Shown here piece by piece: positions 17,834 through 27,582 of a stretch of 64,000 nucleotides of DNA. Within the stretch, counting starts at the first letter, position 1. The number at the start of each line of letters is the position of its first letter. The stretch spans positions 139,930-203,929 of the forward strand of contig MFIU01000002.1 in the NCBI GenBank assembly GCA_001778985.1, read 5' to 3'. The notes below the pieces were generated by a model. It ran no database searches, had not been told where the DNA came from, and saw only the letters and a program-made list of their open reading frames with translations. This DNA is from Candidatus Giovannonibacteria bacterium RIFOXYD1_FULL_48_21 (GTDB lineage: Bacteria; Patescibacteriota; Minisyncoccia; JACPKW01; UBA11713). The translations under genes and the position numbers were made by a program.

Positions 17834-18722
17834 AATATGAGGTTGGCATTAAAAGAGTTTCGCGTCCGATTTTCATCGCAAAGCGCAAAGAGGCGTCGGG
17901 CGGCTCTTTCTTATAAAAAAACTTAAAAATTAAAGCCGCCGCGGCCGCGTCCCCGGCTCCGCCTATGAATGGCGGATTTTTCACTTTTCGCGGAAAAACT
18001 CTAAGCACACTATGCTTGGCTTTGAACCAGGCTTCTCTTGGCCCCCTAGTTATAAAAATATACGGAATTGGAAATTTTAAAAGGTCGCCTACCTGCGGTT
18101 TTCTATTAAAAAATAATTTTGCTTCTGTTTCGTTTAACGCCAAAAAATCCAATTGGGGAATAATATTTTTCCCCTTTCTGGAACGCAAAAAATCAACCGA
18201 AGCGACTAGCCCGGAAATTTGACCGGGATGGTATTTCTTCAAAAAAAGCGCGGCTAAATCTCCTTCGGCCGCCTCCCCGGAAATCTCGGCTAAAATCTTT
18301 AGGCGGGCTTTTTCGGCGTGGTGCTTCAACGCTTTGTGAACCGAACGATTTAGGACGACTTTTCCTCCGCGATATCCGAAGGCCCATGTTTTGCCCCGAG
18401 AAGGGATAAGATAATATGAACTGGGGGTTTTCTCCCGCAGAAAAAAAGTTTTATAAAAAAACTTTTCCTGTTTTAGCAGATATTCAACTGCCCTCGTATC
18501 CGGGTCATTGGCCTTTCCCAGAAAACTTACGAGAGAAATTTTTTTAGAGGGAACTCCTAAAGTCTGAAACGATTTCGCGATATTAAAAGCCCCTCCGCCA
18601 AGCTGCACCAAGGGAGAAATCTTCATAATGCCCTTTTCCTCTTTCCGGTCATAATGCAAGATGTGTTCCAGAAAAACGCTGAAGCCGAGCGCGATAAATT
18701 GTCTTCCCAAAATCTTCGGCAT
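17817..18722 (-). CDS. PfkB-family carbohydrate kinase (ribokinase-like)
   Basis: GGGAFNIAKSFQTLGV and C-terminal GAGDAAAAA motifs. Start moved from the ORF-track 18833 to the ATG at 18722 (MPKILGRQ) to avoid a 100-nt overlap with the neuC-like stop. Confidence 0.7.
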   Translation of the reverse strand: MPKILGRQFIALGFSVFLEHILHYDRKEEKGIMKISPLVQLGGGAFNIAKSFQTLGVPSKKISLVSFLGKANDPDTRAVEYLLKQEKFFYKTFFLREKTPSSYYLIPSRGKTWAFGYRGGKVVLNRSVHKALKHHAEKARLKILAEISGEAAEGDLAALFLKKYHPGQISGLVASVDFLRSRKGKNIIPQLDFLALNETEAKLFFNRKPQVGDLLKFPIPYIFITRGPREAWFKAKHSVLRVFPRKVKNPPFIGGAGDAAAAALIFKFFYKKEPPDASLRFAMKIGRETLLMPTSYYGSRG

Positions 18723-18727
18723 AATTT

Positions 18728-19897
18728 TTAATAGGTTATCTTTTTCTGGATGTCTGGCAATTTGATGGTGGCGAGAATTTCGGCGATTTGCTTGCCGGCC
18801 GTGCCGTTGCCGTATATGTATTCCGCCGGCCACCTGCCTTTCGAAAGCTGCCGCCGGATGGCATTTTCAATATCATTACGCTCGCAGGAAGCGTCTAAAA
18901 CATTCGACCCGCGCTCGCGGCTCTGCTGTCTGGAGCCAATGTTGACCACCGGCAGACCGAAATAACAAGCTTCCCGGATACCGCTTGAAGAATTCCCGAT
19001 AAGGCCTGACGCGTTTCGAAGCAAGTTAACGAACAACTCGTGAGGAATATGCTTCAGGACCAAGACGTTTGATTTCGCGCCGTCAAAATGGGTGGCAAGA
19101 TACTTTCGAATTATTTTGGAGATGGCGTCAGAGCCGGCATCAATGTTCGGCCAAAGCATCAAAACCTGCTCGTCGAATTTTTTAAGGGCTTCAAGCGTTT
19201 CTATAATCTGTTTCTCTTCGGAACCGAATTCCGTGGTAACCGGGTGCTGAACAACCAAGAGGTAAGGTTTCTCGGGATCGAACTTTTCGGGTCCTTTTAT
19301 TACTTCTTTGTTCAGATGCGTCAAAACCTCCTCCCGATTCAGAGGAGGAACTCTCAAAATTAAATCCGTCCCTGGACAGCCCACGTTGAAAACATTTTCC
19401 TCCGGCTCACCCATTTTTATCACCCGTTCCCGGCTTTTCTCGGTGGCGACAAGATGAAGATGAGAGAGTTTGGAAAGGGCGTGCCGGATAGATTCGTCGA
19501 TAGTGCCGGTAACTTCACCGCCCTGAATGTGAGCCACATGGATATTCAAAAGCGCCGCCGCGACGCCCATGGCCAGGGATTCAAAACGATCCACCGGCAC
19601 CAGCACAACATCCGGACGAAGATGTTCCAAGGCCGTGGTTAGTTCAATGATGGCGAGCCCCACCGACTTCGTCATGGAGACAGGATTTCCGCCCTCCAAT
19701 TCCATCTGAACATTCCAATCGGCGTCAAAGCCTTTTCTTTTTATTTCTTCCGCGGTCCGTCCGGTTTTCTCCAAAAGATGCGAACCCATCACCACCAGCT
19801 GAAGCTCCAAATCAGGATGATTTTTAATCTCAATCAAGGCGCTTTCCATTCGCGAAAAGTCAGCCCGATTGGCGGTTATGGCGCAAATTTTTCTCAT
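18728..19897 (-). CDS. UDP-N-acetylglucosamine 2-epimerase (hydrolysing), NeuC/LegG-like
   Basis: Epimerase_2 family motifs (HIQGGEVTGTIDESIRHA, GNSSSGIREA). Confidence 0.85.
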   Translation of the reverse strand: MRKICAITANRADFSRMESALIEIKNHPDLELQLVVMGSHLLEKTGRTAEEIKRKGFDADWNVQMELEGGNPVSMTKSVGLAIIELTTALEHLRPDVVLVPVDRFESLAMGVAAALLNIHVAHIQGGEVTGTIDESIRHALSKLSHLHLVATEKSRERVIKMGEPEENVFNVGCPGTDLILRVPPLNREEVLTHLNKEVIKGPEKFDPEKPYLLVVQHPVTTEFGSEEKQIIETLEALKKFDEQVLMLWPNIDAGSDAISKIIRKYLATHFDGAKSNVLVLKHIPHELFVNLLRNASGLIGNSSSGIREACYFGLPVVNIGSRQQSRERGSNVLDASCERNDIENAIRRQLSKGRWPAEYIYGNGTAGKQIAEILATIKLPDIQKKITY

Positions 19898-20985
19898 AGG
19901 GCGAGGTCGGAGCGCTGAATCAAGCTGCCTTTCGAAATCATTCTAGCGGCTTTCGCGCCTAGAAATTTCCGGTATTCCTTGGAGCGAATTCCGGTTCCGG
20001 GACGTTTGGAGGTCAACATTTCCCGCGTAATTGGCGTCCCTTCCTGAATATCCACCGCCGCCACCAAACTTCTTTTGGCCCAAATCCAGACTGGTTTTTC
20101 ATCTTCAAAAATATCTTTTCTCGGCGCCAGAGCTTTTTCCCATTGCCGCACATTCTCCACAAGGTGCTTTAAGGTAATTGGGTCATGAGAGAAGAAACTG
20201 TCAGCGTCGTCCGCCTTGCGATCCAAGGTGAAATGCTTCTCGATAAACCTGGCGCCCGCTCCAAGTGCTACCGCCAGAATTTCGTCTTCGCTTATTTTTC
20301 TTCCCGAAGCTTCATCCGTTACTCCTTCGGGCGGGCTGTGGTCTGACCAGCCCACTAGAACTTCGTAGCGTTCCCGCAAAAAAGGAATGGTGCCGAAACG
20401 AAACTGATTAAGACTCTTTATCGGATAGACCGAGATGCAGTGTGCAAGGCAAAAAGGAGTGTTGTGGGATTTCAAAGTGTTTGCCGTCAGGTCAAGTTCA
20501 TCCAGACTTGTCATGCCGGTTGAAACCATCATGGGTTTGCCGAACTTCGCGACCTCTTCAATCATCGGCAGATCTTCGGTTTCGCCCGAGCCGATTTTAA
20601 AAGCCTCTGCCCCCATCTCATTCAGCAGTTGAGCGGCTTTGAGAGAGAAGGGGGTACAAAAATATTGGATGCCGATTTTATCGCAATAGTCCTTAAGCTG
20701 GGCGTGCTCTTCCGGTTTTAAAAGAAATTTCTCCACGAAGCCGTAGAGCGAACCCCACTTCGAGAAAAAAGGAGTGCTGGTTAGTTTTTCTATCTCCGGT
20801 TTCACCATTTCCTCTTCCGGCAGGTGCAGCTGGAATTTTATGATATCCGCGCCGGATTCTTTGGCCGCCTGGGCCATCTCCTTCGCGCGCGACAAACTGC
20901 CCATGTGGTTGTCGCACCCCTCGGCGATGATTGCCGCTGGCCTGCCTTCTCCTATTTCCACTTTGCCGATTTGAATCGTGTTCAT
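19894..20985 (-). CDS. second nonulosonic acid synthase paralog (NeuB family) with SAF domain
   Basis: AAIIAEGCDNHMGS...KFQLH signature; C-terminal SAF domain. Confidence 0.88.
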   Translation of the reverse strand: MNTIQIGKVEIGEGRPAAIIAEGCDNHMGSLSRAKEMAQAAKESGADIIKFQLHLPEEEMVKPEIEKLTSTPFFSKWGSLYGFVEKFLLKPEEHAQLKDYCDKIGIQYFCTPFSLKAAQLLNEMGAEAFKIGSGETEDLPMIEEVAKFGKPMMVSTGMTSLDELDLTANTLKSHNTPFCLAHCISVYPIKSLNQFRFGTIPFLRERYEVLVGWSDHSPPEGVTDEASGRKISEDEILAVALGAGARFIEKHFTLDRKADDADSFFSHDPITLKHLVENVRQWEKALAPRKDIFEDEKPVWIWAKRSLVAAVDIQEGTPITREMLTSKRPGTGIRSKEYRKFLGAKAARMISKGSLIQRSDLAL

Positions 20986-21944
20986 AAATTAGATTTATAC
21001 CATAAAAATGTTTTCTTCAATCCCTCCTCGAGCGAATGCTCGGGCCGAAAGCCTATCAATTTCTTCATCTTGGTCATGTCCGGGAAACGATGCCTGATTT
21101 CTCCTCCTTTCCGAAGCGGCACGAATTTTATTTTAGATTTCTTGCTCCCGGAAATCCTGATAATTTTTTGCGCCAGCTCCTTGATGGTCACGGGGCGGTC
21201 CGCTCCAATATTAACGCTCTCGCCGTTAGTTCGGTCACTCAAGAGGGCGCGGATAACGGCATTAATGTTGTCTTCGACGTACACAAAATCCCTGGTCTGT
21301 TTTCCATCGCCGAAAACGCTAAGCGGCTTCCCTCCCAAGGCTTGCCGAATAAAAATTCCAACCACGAAGCCGTAGCTGGAAGATTCCTGCTTGGGGCCGT
21401 AGACGTTGAAAATCCTAACCGCAGAAGTCGGCATTCCAAAAGTTTTCCAGTAAGCCTGAAAATAATGCTCACCTAAAAGTTTTACCGTGGCGTAAGGAAA
21501 TTTGGCGCCTAGATGCCCGTCTTCCCGCTCCGGAAGATTTAGCGGCTCGCCGTAAACTTCTGACGAAGACGAAAAAAGCGCCTTCTTAATCTTGTTCTTT
21601 AACGCTAAATCCAAAATGTTTCTTATACCTAAAATGTCCTCCAAAACTTCAAGCGGCCGCTCCACCGTGCGCAACACGCCGACCCGGGCCGCGTAATGAA
21701 AAACATAGTCAATTTTATTTTTCAAAAAAGCTTTCTGAAGTTCTCGATAATTATTGGCATTGCCTTTTATGAATTTGAAATTCCCCTGCCCTAAAAATTC
21801 TTTGATGTTTTTTATCTTGCCCGTGCTTAAATCATCGAAACAAATCACTTTCGCACCTTTTCCCAGAAGAGAATGAGTCAGATTAGAGCCTAAAAATCCG
21901 GCGCCTCCGGTTACGAGGATATTTCTTCCTTTCAGCTGTTTCAT
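20982..21944 (-). CDS. NAD-dependent nucleotide-sugar epimerase/dehydratase (extended SDR)
   Basis: VTGGAGFLGSNL Rossmann motif, YxxxK catalytic pair. Confidence 0.85.
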   Translation of the reverse strand: MKQLKGRNILVTGGAGFLGSNLTHSLLGKGAKVICFDDLSTGKIKNIKEFLGQGNFKFIKGNANNYRELQKAFLKNKIDYVFHYAARVGVLRTVERPLEVLEDILGIRNILDLALKNKIKKALFSSSSEVYGEPLNLPEREDGHLGAKFPYATVKLLGEHYFQAYWKTFGMPTSAVRIFNVYGPKQESSSYGFVVGIFIRQALGGKPLSVFGDGKQTRDFVYVEDNINAVIRALLSDRTNGESVNIGADRPVTIKELAQKIIRISGSKKSKIKFVPLRKGGEIRHRFPDMTKMKKLIGFRPEHSLEEGLKKTFLWYKSNL

Positions 21945-23893
21945 AAATTCTCCGAAATACGCCGCACCAAAGATTCGGCATCAAGGCCGTGATATTTCAG
22001 AACTTCGTCATTCCAGCCGCAAGCCGGAATTTCTTCCAATCCCAGAAAAACGACCCGGGGCAAATCCCCACCCTTCTTTGCCAAAGCCCGCGCCATATGC
22101 CCTCCAAGTCCGGAATTTGAATAATGGTCGTCCAGAACAAAAATAGTTTTAAATTTGCCGAGTTCTTTTTGAGCCCATTCGGAATCAACCGCGTTCAGCC
22201 ACGGAAAATTCATCACCGCGAGTCCGAACTTTTTTTCTTTCAAAAGTCCCGACGCCAAAAAAGCTTCTCTCAGCATAACCGGCCCATATGAAACTAGGGC
22301 GGCCTCTTTCCCATTCGCCAAAAATACGCCTCGCCCTTTTTCCAACTTATAGTCCGGAGACAAAGAATAAGGCAAGTCCAGCGGAACATTGGAAAAACGA
22401 AGATAGGTCTGCCCGGGATTCTCGTCCACCGCCCAGCGGATGGCGAGTTTTGCCTCGTTTTCGTTCGCGGGCTCAATCATGACAAGTCCGGGAACGCCGC
22501 CGAGGGCGGAAATATCGCGGACAGATTGATGAGAATGCCCAGGCCCCCCAGGCAAAAGTCCGGCCAAGGTTCCGACATAGATAATTTTTTTCTTTTCGGT
22601 GGCATTATTGTAAATCTGCTCGTTCGGCCGCGTGGAAAGAAAACAAGCGAAGGAGTGAACGACGGGAATTTTTCCGAAAAGCGCGAGTCCTCCTGCCAAA
22701 GAAACCATATCTTGCTCCGCGATGCCGCATTCGAAAAAGCGCTCGGGGAATTTGCGGCTGAAATTGGTAATGCCGCAATCCGGCATCAAATCCGCGTCCA
22801 AAACCACAATCTCTTTATTCTCGTGTCCAATTTTAACCAATTCCTCGCCGTAAGCCTCGACCAGATTCTCGGGTTTTTTCGGCAAGACCCGCTCCGGCGC
22901 GGGAAAAGATTCAAGTTTAAGCGGCCCAAGCCCAAGCTTGGAAAATTTTTCATTAAGCCGGCCTGAAATTTCTTCGAGAGCGGCGCGATAATCGTCGTAT
23001 CTAGGAGCGCCGCTGTGAAATTTGTAAAGTCCGTCCGGCGCCACTTTCTCCATAAAAGAAACGCCCCGGCCCTTTGAAGTGTCCGCTATCAAAATTTGCG
23101 GCCGATCCTTAATTTTTTCGAAACGCTCGAGAATTTCGTGAACTTTTCTGACGTCGTGACCGTCCGTCCGCGCCACTTCCCATCCAAAAGAACGAAACTT
23201 ATTTTCAATCTCGCCCAAATGACTCACTTCCTCGACTTTTTTGTCAGACTGGAATTTATTGTGGTCCACAATCACGGTGATTTCGGAAAATTTTCCGTTG
23301 ACGGTCGGCTGTAAAGATTCCCAAATCTGCCCTTCCTGAAGCTCGCCGTCGCCGGTTAAAACATAAAAGCGGCCTTGAGTTTTGTTAAGGCGCCTCGCCA
23401 AGGCCATGCCGCGCGCTTTGGATATTCCCATTCCCAAAGAACCGGTGTTGGCCGCGATATGCGGCGTCACGATGTCCGGATGTCCGGGCAAACCATCCAA
23501 GCGCCGCAGTTTATGAACCAAATCAAACGGAAGTTTTTCCAAGCCGATAAGAAGGGAGTAAAGTCCGGGCGCGTCGTGACCCTTGGAAGAAAAATAAGTG
23601 TCGCCGTTTTTTGAGCCGGGCTCGTTCGGGGATTTCATTACTTTAGTCCACAAAAGTGTCACGATATCCATGGCGGAAAAGCTCGTTCCAAGGTGGCCGG
23701 AGCCCGCGCGCTCGACCATATAAAGGGTATTTATTCTGAAAATATCCGCCAAAATCTCGCTCAATAAAAACGGGTCGGAAATATTTTCTTTAATCCGCCG
23801 GATTTCCCCGAGCGGCACCAGATAAAGCTCGCCGGTATTCGAAGATAAAGTTTCTCGTTCCGCCATGGCCTTATCTCGCGGTCCAGCCGCCAT
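21941..23893 (-). CDS. transketolase (fused N- and C-terminal halves)
   Basis: TPP-binding GSGHLG and GDGE motifs, pyrimidine-binding and C-terminal domains. The start may be the internal M (MAERETL) at about 23866. Confidence 0.85.
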   Translation of the reverse strand: MAAGPRDKAMAERETLSSNTGELYLVPLGEIRRIKENISDPFLLSEILADIFRINTLYMVERAGSGHLGTSFSAMDIVTLLWTKVMKSPNEPGSKNGDTYFSSKGHDAPGLYSLLIGLEKLPFDLVHKLRRLDGLPGHPDIVTPHIAANTGSLGMGISKARGMALARRLNKTQGRFYVLTGDGELQEGQIWESLQPTVNGKFSEITVIVDHNKFQSDKKVEEVSHLGEIENKFRSFGWEVARTDGHDVRKVHEILERFEKIKDRPQILIADTSKGRGVSFMEKVAPDGLYKFHSGAPRYDDYRAALEEISGRLNEKFSKLGLGPLKLESFPAPERVLPKKPENLVEAYGEELVKIGHENKEIVVLDADLMPDCGITNFSRKFPERFFECGIAEQDMVSLAGGLALFGKIPVVHSFACFLSTRPNEQIYNNATEKKKIIYVGTLAGLLPGGPGHSHQSVRDISALGGVPGLVMIEPANENEAKLAIRWAVDENPGQTYLRFSNVPLDLPYSLSPDYKLEKGRGVFLANGKEAALVSYGPVMLREAFLASGLLKEKKFGLAVMNFPWLNAVDSEWAQKELGKFKTIFVLDDHYSNSGLGGHMARALAKKGGDLPRVVFLGLEEIPACGWNDEVLKYHGLDAESLVRRISENL

Positions 23894-24698
23894 CCACCAC
23901 TAAAGTCGAGCCGGTCATATATGAAGAGGCGTCCGAAGCCAGAAATAAAACCGCGCCGTTGTAATCGTGCGCTTCGGCCATCCGGCCAAGCATGGTCCGG
24001 CTTTCATATTCTCTGACGAACTCGGGGTCTTGACCCGCGTAAACTCCGCCAGGCACTAAAGTGTTAACCCTGATTCCGAAAGGCGCGGCGTATTCCGCAA
24101 GCCAGCGCGTGAAATTCAAAACTCCGGATTTGGCCACGCTGTATCCGACGGGTTTATAATATGTTTCGCCTTTTCTGCGCCGAAATTCATACATGGCTTG
24201 CGGCGGCGTGACCAAGCCGTAAGTCGAAGAAACATTGATAATGCTTCCGGAAGTTTTTTTCGCGGAACGAAAATTTCTAATAAAGGCTTGGGACATAAAA
24301 AACATCCCCTTAAGATGCGAATCCAGCATGGCATCCCAGACTTCCTCGGGATAATCTTCAAAGGGTCCGTTTTGCGCGGCAGGCGCCGACGGGTGAGAAT
24401 CAAGGCCAGCGTTATTTATAAGGATGGTGGGGACTCCGAGCTCGCCCGAAGCTTCGGCGAGCGCCTTTTCGACTTCGTTCTTCTTCGTCAAATCAATTTT
24501 ATAAATTTTCACCGGATGGCCGGATTTCAAAAGTTCTTCGAGTTTTGGATTTTTTTTGTCGGCAATATCAAAAACCGCCACGCTGGCTCCGGCCTGGGCC
24601 AACGTTTTTACGTATTCGCTTCCCAAATTCCCCGCGCCGCCGGTGACCACGGCCGTTCGGCCCGCAAGGTTGAACATTTCACCAACCTTAGAATCCAT
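23871..24698 (-). CDS. short-chain dehydrogenase/reductase (classical SDR)
   Basis: TGGAGNLG cofactor motif, NNAG, YSVAK catalytic motif. Confidence 0.85.
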   Translation of the reverse strand: MDSKVGEMFNLAGRTAVVTGGAGNLGSEYVKTLAQAGASVAVFDIADKKNPKLEELLKSGHPVKIYKIDLTKKNEVEKALAEASGELGVPTILINNAGLDSHPSAPAAQNGPFEDYPEEVWDAMLDSHLKGMFFMSQAFIRNFRSAKKTSGSIINVSSTYGLVTPPQAMYEFRRRKGETYYKPVGYSVAKSGVLNFTRWLAEYAAPFGIRVNTLVPGGVYAGQDPEFVREYESRTMLGRMAEAHDYNGAVLFLASDASSYMTGSTLVVDGGWTAR

Positions 24699-25728
24699 AC
24701 GCTTTATTGAGAATTTTCATGATTTCCAATCCTCTTTCAAATGAAAGCGGAGAATCTTTAAGTTTAATCTCGCCTGAAAGAAGTTTTTGGTAATGCAGGG
24801 TTTCGCAGTAAAAATCATCAGGACGCTTTTTGGAAACGATTTTTTCGATAAGCTCGCCTCCTTCAACTTGATAGCGAAGAAGGTCGCCTTCGGGGCTCGC
24901 GTTTCCGACCCACTCTATAAATCCTTTCTCGCCCTGGGCCCTGGCCCATTTTTTGACCGGAAAAGTTATCACATCTTGAACCACGCGCCCTACTTTTCCG
25001 GATTCAGTCTTCAAGAGAAAAGTCGTCAAGTAATCATATTCAGCCTCGCGTTCTTTTTTAAAGGCAAGACTGCTTTTCACGTCTGAAATTTTATCCCAGC
25101 CGGCGGCTTCGGCCAGATGACGCCAAAGATGCAAAGCATGAGAATGTTCTCCACCCGCGCCGCCTCCCCTTTTCCAATAACCAAGGTATGTTTCCCAAGG
25201 ACCGGCTAACCACGGATGCGCTCCGAAAATTCCGCGCCAGTGTTCCCGAAACTCCACGTCCAAGGTCAAAATATTTCCGACAACTTTATCGCGAAGCATT
25301 TTCGCGAATTCTTCCAAGGCCTGACCCACGGCATTGTCGTAACCAACCACCACGATGGTTTCGGGATGTTTTCGAAGTTCGGCCCTAAATTCGTCAACTC
25401 CCTTTAAATCCGGCGCGCACAAAGGCTTTTCCAGATGCAAAAGTTTTGGATTTTCTTTGAGCGCCTCCAAAGCAAGTTTCATCCTCACATCCGGAGGAGT
25501 GCCGAGCATGATAATGTCAAATCCCCCTTTCGGCTCTTTGTCCGGGGTAAAAAGTTTGATGGAATCGTCCCAAGCGCCGTAGCGTTTGGGATAAATGTCG
25601 TTTTTCATCCGCTCGAGCGCCTTGGGGTCGGCGTCCACCACGCTGACCTCCCAGCCCATCCGACGCGAAGCTTGGGCTAAATGATTCCCGATTGAACCCG
25701 CTCCGATGATTTTTACTTTCATATTCAT
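24688..25728 (-). CDS. Gfo/Idh/MocA-family NAD(P)-dependent oxidoreductase (PtmF-like), copy 1
   Basis: N-terminal GAGSIGNHLA Rossmann fold and the hallmark EKP motif (LLHLEKPL). Confidence 0.7.
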   Translation of the reverse strand: MNMKVKIIGAGSIGNHLAQASRRMGWEVSVVDADPKALERMKNDIYPKRYGAWDDSIKLFTPDKEPKGGFDIIMLGTPPDVRMKLALEALKENPKLLHLEKPLCAPDLKGVDEFRAELRKHPETIVVVGYDNAVGQALEEFAKMLRDKVVGNILTLDVEFREHWRGIFGAHPWLAGPWETYLGYWKRGGGAGGEHSHALHLWRHLAEAAGWDKISDVKSSLAFKKEREAEYDYLTTFLLKTESGKVGRVVQDVITFPVKKWARAQGEKGFIEWVGNASPEGDLLRYQVEGGELIEKIVSKKRPDDFYCETLHYQKLLSGEIKLKDSPLSFERGLEIMKILNKAYGF

Positions 25729-25750
25729 ATGTCTGTTATTCTATAGAACT

Positions 25751-25778
25751 TTACAAATCTCCTCAAGGTTGCTAAAAT
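25751..25778 (+). promoter_or_regulatory. promoter candidate TTACAA-16 nt-TAAAAT for the plus-strand transporter gene
   Basis: Positioned about 50 nt upstream of the ATG at 25828, which is preceded by AAAGGAG. Confidence 0.3.
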
Positions 25779-25827
25779 ACCCCTCGAAAAGAATCCTTAA
25801 AAATCTACCGAAAAAGGAGAAAAATAG

Positions 25828-26904
25828 ATGCAGGAATTACATTATTGGTCGGTGGTGATACTGCCGGTATTTATCGGCTCATGCAGTATTGCGTTCATTA
25901 ACGTAATTAAGCGCCGCGTAATGAAGGGAAACGAGGCTTCAAGCCTCCAATTCCTGATATGCTACTTTTACGCGGCAACGGCCATTTTCGGCTTGGTGTA
26001 TCTTACGGTTTGGGGACCGACGATGCCGCCAAAACTGCTCGATGGATTCTGGCGCGCGGTCATACTGGGATCAGCTTTCAATGTTCTGATACAGTGGTGC
26101 AACGTCAAAGCCGCGTCGTTGGATAAAGGCGAAGTGTCGCTGACAGCGCCTCTCCAGGCAATGACGCCGGGGTTGATTACAATTCTAGCGGTAACCCTAG
26201 GCGAATTTCCGAGCGCAATCGGGATATTAGGAATATTTCTGATGGCTTCGGGGTCATATGTTCTCCTGTTTGAGAAAACGCCCTCGGGAGTATATGAACT
26301 AATCGGGCCAATCAGCAGACTCAAGCTTTTATTTTCTGCAACCTCTACAGTCGCCGAAAAATGTAAAGCTTTGGTTGTCCTTATCGCGCTTTCGTCGGCA
26401 TTCTTGGGAACGTTTGGCCTATTATTCGACGGCCTTTACACCAGGAGAGGGGTCAACATGCAGGGCCTAATTCTGGCATCAGTGTCGCTGACGGCAATTC
26501 TCGCATCAAGCTATTTGGCTTGGTACAAAATCGCGCCAGATACGTTGCCGCACCAAAACCCCAGGGGGTTTAAGGTTCTCTGGGGCAAATCCCGATGGTG
26601 GCTGGCCGCAATGGGAACGCTCTGGGTCATAACAATCTTCTTTGTTCAACCAACGTTCAACACGGCCATGGTTGCGCACGTCGGCACCCTGAAGCGATTC
26701 CAAATCGCGATTACTTTTTTCTTGGGGATTTATATCTTCAAAGAGGCCGGATTTAAAGGAGGTTTCTGGCATTCGATCAGATATAATCGCGAGGTGCGGA
26801 ACCGGGCAATTGCTTGCGTCCTGATCTTGATCGGAGCGTTTTTCTTATCAATAGACGGTCTTCCGTCGAGAATCGAAACAAGAATCACGAGGTGGGGGCT
26901 GTGA
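25828..26904 (+). CDS. 10-TM DMT/EamA-like membrane transporter
   Basis: 358 aa, two 5-helix repeats; plus strand, opposite to the flanking cluster genes. Confidence 0.55.
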   Translation: MQELHYWSVVILPVFIGSCSIAFINVIKRRVMKGNEASSLQFLICYFYAATAIFGLVYLTVWGPTMPPKLLDGFWRAVILGSAFNVLIQWCNVKAASLDKGEVSLTAPLQAMTPGLITILAVTLGEFPSAIGILGIFLMASGSYVLLFEKTPSGVYELIGPISRLKLLFSATSTVAEKCKALVVLIALSSAFLGTFGLLFDGLYTRRGVNMQGLILASVSLTAILASSYLAWYKIAPDTLPHQNPRGFKVLWGKSRWWLAAMGTLWVITIFFVQPTFNTAMVAHVGTLKRFQIAITFFLGIYIFKEAGFKGGFWHSIRYNREVRNRAIACVLILIGAFFLSIDGLPSRIETRITRWGL

Positions 26905-26912
26905 CTTAGAAT

Positions 26913-26950
26913 AAAGAGGAATGTCGCTCGACATTCCTCTTTATATTTTC
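26913..26950. terminator. bidirectional stem-loop terminator between convergent genes
   Basis: Perfect inverted repeat AAAGAGGAATGTCG-CT-CGACATTCCTCTTT followed by ATATTTT. Confidence 0.6.
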
Positions 26951-27582
26951 AGAATCAAATTTTTAATTTCCGATAAATTCGATACCAGCGGAAATTCTTT
27001 ATCTTTCCAGCCGTTCCAGTCGTTGGCCAGGCCGATGAAACGGCAGCCAACGGTCTTCGCTGCGGCGAGGTCATCCTCGCCGTCGCCCACCGCCAAAACT
27101 TCTTGAAGCAGAAAATTTTCTTTCTCTATTATTTTTTTAAGATTTTTAACCTTGCTTTCCGGCTCGCTCTGGCCGTAAATCTCTTCAAAAAAATCTCCAA
27201 TGCTGAGTCTTCCCGCAGTCTCCAAAAGAGCTTTCTCGGGTGTGGCAGAATTTAAATAGAGCCTAAAGCGCTGCTTCAGCTCTGAAAGAACCTCTTTGAC
27301 TCCGAGATTAAGCCCTAACGAAGAAATGCCACTTTGTACAAGCTCATTATATTTTTGGGCATGACTTAAAACAAGCGGCTCTATTTCCTCGGCAGATGTT
27401 CCGAGCCGTCTGAAAATTTCTCGAAGGATATCGTAACGGGTTTCCTTAATCTCTGTGAGAACATTTCTTATAAGCTCGCGCGAAGCTTCCTCCGGCTTAA
27501 AAACTTTAAACCAGGCCTCTTGCTTCAGGCGGTTCGAATCCACTAATACTCCATCAAAATCGAAAACAATAATTTTAATCAT
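26941..27582 (-). CDS. HAD-superfamily hydrolase/phosphatase
   Basis: IVFDFDGVLVDS motif I and C-terminal GDGEDD motif IV. Confidence 0.8.
   Translation of the reverse strand: MIKIIVFDFDGVLVDSNRLKQEAWFKVFKPEEASRELIRNVLTEIKETRYDILREIFRRLGTSAEEIEPLVLSHAQKYNELVQSGISSLGLNLGVKEVLSELKQRFRLYLNSATPEKALLETAGRLSIGDFFEEIYGQSEPESKVKNLKKIIEKENFLLQEVLAVGDGEDDLAAAKTVGCRFIGLANDWNGWKDKEFPLVSNLSEIKNLILKI

Noticed and set aside
17817-18833. Longer start of the PfkB kinase and similar ORF-track extensions (28289..29488, 59762..60712, 54288..55385, 4478..6928)
   Set aside because: The N-terminal extensions are Arg/His-rich with no homology and overlap upstream genes by 100-150 nt. Conserved family N-termini begin at internal Met codons, so shorter coordinates were reported.
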